A stretch of 58,437 bases of DNA from a virus (lineage: Duplodnaviria; Caudoviricetes). A model generated the notes under the pieces. It ran no database searches. It worked only from the letters and a program-made list of their open reading frames with translations, and was not told where the DNA came from. Location: the IMG/VR virus record IMGVR_UViG_3300027816_000115, positions 1 through 58,437 of that record; one strand, written 5' to 3'. The translations under genes and the position numbers were made by a program. The number at the start of each line of letters is the position of its first letter. The stretch's first letter is position 1. This document shows, in pieces, positions 17,306 through 25,700 of the stretch.

Positions 17306-19174
17306 ATGAGCCTTAGTTTAGATAAACAAATCTTAAGTTCTATAACCGTATATACAAAATACGCAAAATATGTTCCGTCAAAAGAACGAAGAGAAACGTG
17401 GGAAGAATTAGTAACAAGGAATATGGATATGCACAAATCCAAATTTCCACAAATGAAAGAACAAATTGAGCAAATATACAAAGACTTTGTATTTACTAAA
17501 AAGGTTTTACCTTCGATGCGAAGCTTACAGTTTGGTGGTAAAGCTATTGAGCTTAATAATGCTCGTATTTATAACTGTGCTTTTTTACCTGTTGATAATA
17601 TTCGTAGCTTTTCCGAGACTATGTTTTTATTACTTGGCGGAACTGGTGTTGGATATTCGGTACAGAATCATCATATTGATAAATTACCTGAAATAAGAAA
17701 ACCTAATTATGATCGTAAAAAACGTTATGTCGTTCAAGACAGTATTATTGGCTGGGCCGATGCGGTTAAAACATTATTCAAGTCATATACGGGAGAGTTA
17801 ACTTCACATATTGAATTTGATCTTTCTGATATACGTCAAAAAGGAGCATTACTAGTTACAGCAGGTGGTAAAGCGCCAGGACCGGAGCCATTAAGATTAG
17901 CATTGGTTAAAATTGAAGCTATCTTAAGAGAAAAAGAAGATAGATCAAAACTAACAGATATTGAGTGCCATGATATTCAATGCTATATTGCTGATGCGGT
18001 TTTAGCTGGAGGTATTCGTAGAGCAGCAATGATTTCATTATTTGATCTTGATAGCACAGCAATGTTAAATTGTAAAGCTGGTAATTGGTGGGAAGAAAAT
18101 CCACAAAGAGGTAGAGCTAATAATTCTGTTGTTTTATTACGTCATAAGATTGACAAGAAAACATTTGATAAAGTATGGGAAAGAATTGAAGCATCAGGAT
18201 CTGGTGAACCTGGTATTTATCTTACCAACGACAAAGATTGGGGAACTAATCCTTGTTGTGAAATTGCTTTAAGACCATATCAGTTTTGTAATTTAACAGA
18301 AATTAATATGGCGGATATTGATAGTCAAGAAGAATTTAATGCAAGAGCATCTGCTGCGGCATTCTTGGGAACACTACAAGCATCGTATTCAGACTTTCAT
18401 TACTTACGTGATATATGGAGAAAGAATACAGAAAAAGACGCATTATTAGGAGTGTCCATGACTGGCATTGCCTCTAAATCAAACTTAGAATTAAATTATG
18501 AAGAAGCAGCAAAAGTTGTTAAAACTACTAATAATGAAATTGCTAGTCGCCTTGGTATTAATCCTGCTGCTCGTACTACAGCCGTCAAACCAGCAGGAAC
18601 TACTAGTCTTGTTCTTGGCACTTCTAGCGGTATTCACGCTTGGCACAATGATTATTACATTAGAAGAATGCGATTAGGTAAGAATGAAGCAATCTATTCT
18701 TATCTTGCAATAAATCATCCAGAATTGCTTGAAGATGAATATTTTAATCCAACATTACAATCAGTTATTTCAGTTCCTCAGAAGGCTCCAGATGGCGCTA
18801 TAACGCGTCATGAATCCACGTTAGATCTATTAGAAAGGGTAAAACTTATTTCTAAAGATTGGGTTAAAACAGGACATGATAAAGGTAATAATACTCATAA
18901 TGTATCTTGTACTGTATCAGTAAGGGATGATGAATGGAAAATTATTGGTGAATGGATGTGGGCAAACAAAGAATATTACAACGGATTATCTGTCTTGCCT
19001 TATAATGGCGGTACATACAAGCAAACTCCGTTTGAAGATTGTACAAAAGAGGTATATGAGCAAATGATGTCTACTTTAAAAAACGTTGATTTATCAAAAG
19101 TGATTGAAATACAAGATGATACTAACTTTGTTGATTCAGCAGCCTGTGGAGGAGGGAATTGTGAGATTGTATAG
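17306..19174 (+). CDS. nrdJ: Class II (adenosylcobalamin) ribonucleotide reductase
   Basis: YNCAF, GGIRRAA, TNPCCEI, FCNLTEI, VKPAGT, C-terminal ACGGGNCEI; no NrdB partner. Confidence 0.88.
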   Translation: MSLSLDKQILSSITVYTKYAKYVPSKERRETWEELVTRNMDMHKSKFPQMKEQIEQIYKDFVFTKKVLPSMRSLQFGGKAIELNNARIYNCAFLPVDNIRSFSETMFLLLGGTGVGYSVQNHHIDKLPEIRKPNYDRKKRYVVQDSIIGWADAVKTLFKSYTGELTSHIEFDLSDIRQKGALLVTAGGKAPGPEPLRLALVKIEAILREKEDRSKLTDIECHDIQCYIADAVLAGGIRRAAMISLFDLDSTAMLNCKAGNWWEENPQRGRANNSVVLLRHKIDKKTFDKVWERIEASGSGEPGIYLTNDKDWGTNPCCEIALRPYQFCNLTEINMADIDSQEEFNARASAAAFLGTLQASYSDFHYLRDIWRKNTEKDALLGVSMTGIASKSNLELNYEEAAKVVKTTNNEIASRLGINPAARTTAVKPAGTTSLVLGTSSGIHAWHNDYYIRRMRLGKNEAIYSYLAINHPELLEDEYFNPTLQSVISVPQKAPDGAITRHESTLDLLERVKLISKDWVKTGHDKGNNTHNVSCTVSVRDDEWKIIGEWMWANKEYYNGLSVLPYNGGTYKQTPFEDCTKEVYEQMMSTLKNVDLSKVIEIQDDTNFVDSAACGGGNCEIV

Positions 19175-19222
19175 TTACCTTGGAACAAGATGTTGGATTT
19201 ACACTTTATACTTAAATAAATT

Positions 19223-19414
19223 ATGACGCCAAAAGAAAAAGCATTGTATCTACTAAATTTATCAACTTTAACAAATTTTGAAGAAGCAAAAAAAATAGCA
19301 TTAATGATAGTTAATGAGATATTAAATGAATTTCCAAATGGATTTAATAATAATTTTGAAATGAAAAGAAAACTTTATTGGCAAGAAGTAAAACAAGAAA
19401 CAGAAAAACTATGA
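19223..19414 (+). CDS. MTPKEKA...EVKQETEKL family small protein, copy 2
   Basis: Paralog of 6908..7120. Confidence 0.65.
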   Translation: MTPKEKALYLLNLSTLTNFEEAKKIALMIVNEILNEFPNGFNNNFEMKRKLYWQEVKQETEKL

Positions 19415-19623
19415 AAGAGCAAACATTAGTTGAAATGAAAAATAAGGTTGACGCAATCACAAGAGTGCTTCAACAAATGATTTACGAACAAGATAATTTG
19501 CGAACATTATCTATAGGCATGATGGAAACAATAAAACTAATGCCTGGTTATGATGATGCTATTAAGCAGATTACCGAAAAAACAAAGGAGCAAGTAGAAG
19601 ATGCTCCAAGGTTAGAAGTTTAG
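19411..19623 (+). CDS. Hypothetical protein
   Basis: ORF track; start at the ATGA overlap. Confidence 0.6.
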   Translation: MKEQTLVEMKNKVDAITRVLQQMIYEQDNLRTLSIGMMETIKLMPGYDDAIKQITEKTKEQVEDAPRLEV

Positions 19624-19640
19624 TTTATTTTATTAATCAG

Positions 19641-19677
19641 AAAAGGGGACCGCGAATTATCACGAGTCCCCTTTTTT
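19641..19677. terminator. Bidirectional intrinsic terminator between the two arms
   Basis: AAAAGGGGAC...GTCCCCTTTTTT at the convergence point. Confidence 0.85.
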
Positions 19678-19723
19678 CGGTTAAGGAATATTTAGGTATG
19701 GTGCCTATTTCTATTCATTCCTT

Positions 19724-22700
19724 TTAATCACCGCCAATTTTTCTTTTCTTTTTCTTAGGAAAAACACCTGTTTCATAATAAATTCCTCTCTCCTCCGGCG
19801 TCATAGCGTCTAAAATTTTATCCTTAGCACTTCCTTTTTTTGATTTTCTTTCAGCCTCTTCCATGTAAAAAATTTCTCGTTCTTCTGGTGTCATTTTATC
19901 TAAAGCATCCTCCCTTTCTTTTTTGTTTTTAGCTTTAGTTTCTATTGATTTTATAATACCTTCTTCTTTTCTTTTTACTTTAGCAGCGGCTTTAATTAAT
20001 TCATTTTCTTCATTCTTAACATTTAATTCCCATTCTTTCCATCCTAGCATTAAAGCAGCTCTTTGTAATTTTGTATTACGAGAATCCAAAGCTTCTGAAA
20101 CATTATCTATTTTTTCAACAAGACGATCTAATGGTACATTTGTAGTTGCTACAGCAATGTTACCAACTATTGAATAATTAGGACTAAGATTAAGTCTACC
20201 ATCTCTTGTAATTTCCCATCCTCTTTCCTCTATTACATCTTTCTCAAACTTTTTAATTCTATGTACACCATATAATTTTCTAGCTTTTGAACTTATAGGA
20301 GGAGATATGCCGGCAACAGCTAATATTGTATAAGCATGATCGGCAAACATTTCTCTTTGCTCTTGTTTATTATATTCCATTACGGCATTTTTAATAGTAG
20401 ATATTAATGCACCTGTTATACCAGACCCTCTTAATACTGTATCAGCCATTCCGTTTAGAATATTAATAGTTTTATCTTCTTGCTTTTTCTTTAACTTGTC
20501 ATACTCAGCTCTTTGTTCCTTTGACATTTTAGCTAAAACTTCTTCTTCCTCATCTTCAAAAGGTAAAAACAATGCCGATTGCAAAGCCGAGAATATAAAG
20601 TTTTGTAATGCTCCATAATATAATATTTTTGACATATTAGTTTTCCAGTCTCCACGCTTATTAACTAAGTCTAAAGTAGCTTTCTTTATCAATCTATTAT
20701 ATTGTAAAGGAGTATTAGCAAAAGCTAATACAAGACGTCCTAATGAGGTTGTTTGCTGTTTTGATATATACAATGGATCAGCGGACTGCATGGATTGATC
20801 AGAGATCATTGAAAAATCTAACCAAGCTTTATCTTCTGCTTCTTTTTTTGTATTTATCAAATTGCCATCTTCATCTGCTTGTTTTAAATAAGTATTAACT
20901 CTATTTCTATAAAATGCAGCACCACCAATTGCAATAGAAAAACTATCTGCAGCTTGTGTAGGTGTAAACCCTATTTTTTGTAGATATGAAAGAATACCTC
21001 TAGCTTTATTTTTAGCACTATTAGCAGCATTAGCAATCTCAGCTTGTGTAACATCTGCTTTTAATCCAGCTCTTCGTTCTCTCATTTTATCTGAGTTAAT
21101 AATCATAGCGAAATCTGTCCAATATTGCTTTTGATTTGCAAATGCTTTTGCCGCCATTAAAGGATTATTATCATTCCAGTTTAAATAGTTGATTGAAGAT
21201 ATTGTTTGCAATATAGCGGAACGAACATTAAAGAACATGATTGCAGCAGTAGATCCGTTTATCCAGTTCATCCAACGATTAGTTAGAGCGTCAGTGCCTT
21301 CAGGTCTATTCTTACCATTCTTCATTCTATATAAAGCATCCTCAAGAGCTATCCTTACATTCGTTCCATATATAGCTTGTATCTTGTTTAAATTTTCAGT
21401 CGAGAAAATAGCATTGGCATTTTCTATAAATTCAGCCAACCATTGTTTTCTACCATCACCTTCTGTAATATTATGTAGATCAGAAATAATAGTTTCGCTA
21501 TCCCATGTATCAGAAGGTTCCATCCAGCCACCGTCTTGTCTACCTGCTATAGATAAGGCTTCGGCAAAAGAAAGTAAATTGGGATCGGTTTTAACAAGAT
21601 ATACTAATTTATTTTTATCTTTCCTGTTTAATCCCGGTATTTCTATATTATTCTTATTCCATAAATATACCCTTATAGCTTGATCATAAGTAAACTGCTT
21701 ATCAGGAGTAAGTTTTTCTAATTTAGATTTAATATCCGGAAATTCAGATAACAATGCTTTGTATTCTTTTTTTATAGATTGCCTAACAGAATCTAAGGCA
21801 TTTATTCCTTTTACATAAGGTATAACTAAATTTTTATCAAAAAATTGCTGGTCTAATTCTCCTTGTTTGCCTTTGCCTGAAAACATGTAGGTTGTTAATC
21901 CCCTAAAGTCATCTGCAGATGGCGGTACGAAAAATGATAAGTTTCTTACTTTTGCTCCTTTTCTTTTTGCAACAACATCAGAAAATTTCTCATAAGAAGG
22001 TATGGCTTTATTGCGTTCAAGCATATCATTAAATTCGTAGTCTAAAGACTTACTAAATTTAGGTCTTGCTTTCCATTTAGTATCATTATTAATCCATTCA
22101 TTTAATTGTTTTTCTGCAGATTTAATAGTCTCTAAATTAAGAGCATTATTTACCGCTGCCATTAAAGGTCCACCTTCGTTTTCACGATCCTCAATTATAT
22201 CAAAAGCATAATCAACAGAACTAACCATTCCGTCTATTGTTTTATCTTCAAGAATACCCCACCATTCCTCTATAGATTTATTAAGATCATTTAATACATC
22301 AAAAGAAGTTTCCGCATCTATTCTTCTAATATTATTTGCAGTAATATAGTCAGATACTACCGTAATACCTTTGTTATCTTTGTTAAAGGAGTTTAAATTA
22401 TTTTCTAAAGACTTAGAGTGCATGCTGTTTCTTTTTCTTTGCATAACAGCATTGACCTTGTCGTTTATATCCTTTAAACTTAATTTAGAAGCTATTTTAT
22501 CAATATCCTTAGCTGCTTTTTTATTTATATAAAAATAAATTCTAGGTCTTAAATAACCATTCTTTTCTATTTTTAATTCAACTTGCGCAGTAATAATATC
22601 GGTATCAGTTATTTCATATTTTTCTAAAAAATCAGCTCCAAAATAATCTGTTAAAGAAGTTCCAATTACTAATAAATCGTTACTAAAAGCTTTATTATTA

Positions 22701-25700
22701 TTGATATCTTTTATACTATCAATAGATAAATCTATTTTAAATATAGTTTTTTTACCTTTTAATAAAGATTTCAACCCCTCAACATCTTTTATTTTATATC
22801 CACCGCTTTCTGTCTCATTTGTTAAATAATCTCCAATTTGTTTAAATAAATTTGTTTCTTTAAAATCATTATATTCTTCTATTATTTTTTTACCCCAATC
22901 GGTTCCAGAATATTTAGTTTTTACAACATTAAGCGTAGCGGATGTCATTCTTGCAAATATATCTTTTTTTATTTCAACGATAACTTTTAAAGCGTTATCT
23001 GTTTTAATATTTTTTAAACTTTTGCCTTCGCTTATTAAAACGTCTGGAACATAATTATTGTTACCACCAAATAGTTTATAAATATAATTTTTTGATAAAC
23101 GACTTTTTATTATTCCGCCTATAAATTTTTCATGTTTATAATGAGCTATTTTATCTAATACGTCATTATATTTTGTAAATAGCTCTTCTAAGTCGTCGTC
23201 TGTAAATCCATTTGTGATTAATTTATTATATAAAGCTTTAAATGGATTATATTCTCCTTTTCTTTCTATCATTGCTGCATTAAAACTGCTTTTTTCTATA
23301 AGATAACTTATTCCATCTGTAAGTTCTTTTTCTGTTAAAGAAAATTTAATATTGCCGCGCTCCGCTAGTCTATTAAATTCTTCTACTATTATTCTTTCAG
23401 TAATAGCACCTTTTAACTCTTGATTTCTGTTTAATGCTTCAGCTATAATACCATCATTAGCAATATCGTCAGATATAATATCAAATGAAACCTCTTCCGC
23501 TAATACTTTAGCCAAAGCTTCTTTTCTTCCTCTAATTATATTACCCGTCTCTAAGTCTATAATAGATGATAAAAATTCTGTAGTTGACACATTCTTATTA
23601 ACTTCAGGCAATCTTCTAACCATTTCATGGCCAGCTGTTCTACCTGCTAAATCAACGTCTACAGATTCTCTGTCTATTTTTTTACCAACCCATTCTGGAT
23701 AATTAAGCCAACGGCCATTTACTCTTTTTTGTATTGCAAAAGGCATACCTCCTAATACTTTATTCCCTTGATCTTTACCCATTAACCAAGTAGTCGTCAT
23801 ATTTTCAAGAATGGTTTTTTTGTTAACAATTAACCAATTTTGTAACTCTTGATTTTCTTTACCGCCCATTGCTTTCTTAATATCAATGTCAGCCTGCTTA
23901 CCCATTTCATCTCTTATTTCTGCAATTAGAGGAACAACAGTTTTATTCAAAGATGTTTTTTCATTAATCTTTGATTTCAATGTTCTTACAACAGGTAATA
24001 TTTTAGTCTGAATATTTTCAATAACATCGGGACTAAATACGCCTGACTCCAATATGTTCTGGAAACGTTTTCTTTCAGGCAATGACGGTTTAGTTACTTC
24101 AACATCCTCGTTAGCTAACTTGGTCATTTCAGTAATATCCTCAGTAAACACAACGTTCGCAACTTCGCCACTTTTTAAAGCAGCTCTCATACGGTTTATA
24201 TATTGTGCATTTATATATCCATATAAACTGTTGTTTCTAGATGGATCAAACTTAGCAATATACGGTATCATCGATGTTCTAACATAACTAGTCATCTCGT
24301 CCATATCAAAACCGTCTAATCCCCCTTTATCTTTATTTGTAAAATCTATAACTGTCCCTTTATTGGTTCTCCAGTTTCTTGATTTTACTTTAACCATTTT
24401 ATCAAGTTCACTATATATAGTTGGATTACCAGGATCAAAACCTTTTGGGTCATTACCAATAGCATCAAGTTTAGCTTTAGCTTTAGCCGCTACTTCACTT
24501 ATTTCTATATCTTCTTTTGATTTTGGCTCTTTAGGTTTTGCTTCTTTTTTCTCTGCTTTTTTAACCTCTGGCTCTTTACTTAAACCAGTTTTTTGTTCTT
24601 CATATTCCTTACGTTTTAATTCGGCTTCCTCTTTTTCAAGAGCAATCATTTTTCTTTCGTAAGTATCATAATCAATTTCACCGTCATTAAGTTGTTCATC
24701 TAAAGCATCCATTCTTTCTTCAATAGACTTAGAATATTTTACAGTTGTTGATATCGGTCTTCCGTCTAATAATTCTTTAGCGCGAGTGCTTATTCTCCCT
24801 TTACTAGCATTTGATTGGTAATCTTTTAGAAAATCATAAAAATCTCTACCTTCACTAAACTTAGCATTAGAAAACCCTAGTTTTCTTAAAACTTTTAGAA
24901 TTGGTCTAGAAGCTCTTCTTAGTACATCTTTAACTTGATTTTTACCACCAATTTGCCCATAAGCAATAGCATCAATAAAAGCAGTAAAATACTCCTCTAA
25001 ATTATCATCACTTAATTTACCAGTATCTTTGTCTAAATAATTTTCATCAATACGTTTTTGAATTATAGCTCTTTCCTTTGCAGTTAATACAGATAAAAAT
25101 CCATTAACTACTTTTTTTCTTTCCATAGGGTCACTAAGAGCTTTAGCTAATACCTTATGTAAAAATTCATGCTGAGCAACATTGATTGCTCCTTTTGCAG
25201 AAGCCATACTAAGATTGATAACAGATTGGCCATTTGATAATTCAAATCCATCTGATTTTGCTCCTTCTTCTACTTCGGCATTTATTTGATCATCAGATTT
25301 TATATATAAATCCGGGTCTACAGCCGTATCTGCAGGTAATTCGCCGGATGATATTTTTTTATTAATATCATCTATTTGTTGCTTAATAATATTATTTTCT
25401 GCAACTAACCATTCTTTGTAAGCCTTCTTAAGTCCCTCAATAGTTTCAAATACGGCAATAGAACCTTGATTACCTATTTTATTAGATATTTCCTCTTCGC
25501 CTAATGTAGATATAATTTTTTTAATATTATCAACACTGGTATTAATTATAGCTTTGTTGCTTATTATTTTATTTATTTGAGCATATTGACCAGTTAATAA
25601 ATATTCTCTCTTTTCTTCTAATTTATTAAATTCATTTTTTAATTCAGCAGCTTTATCTTTTTTTATTTCTGGCGAAAAGTTAGATTGAGATAATTCTATA

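Noticed and set aside
24290-24320. GLDGFDMDE in the giant protein as a double-psi RNAP DxDxD catalytic motif
   Set aside because: It is not a true DxDxD/DFDID and has no surrounding RNAP motifs; the adjacent sequence fits sigma region 2 better. HHpred would settle it
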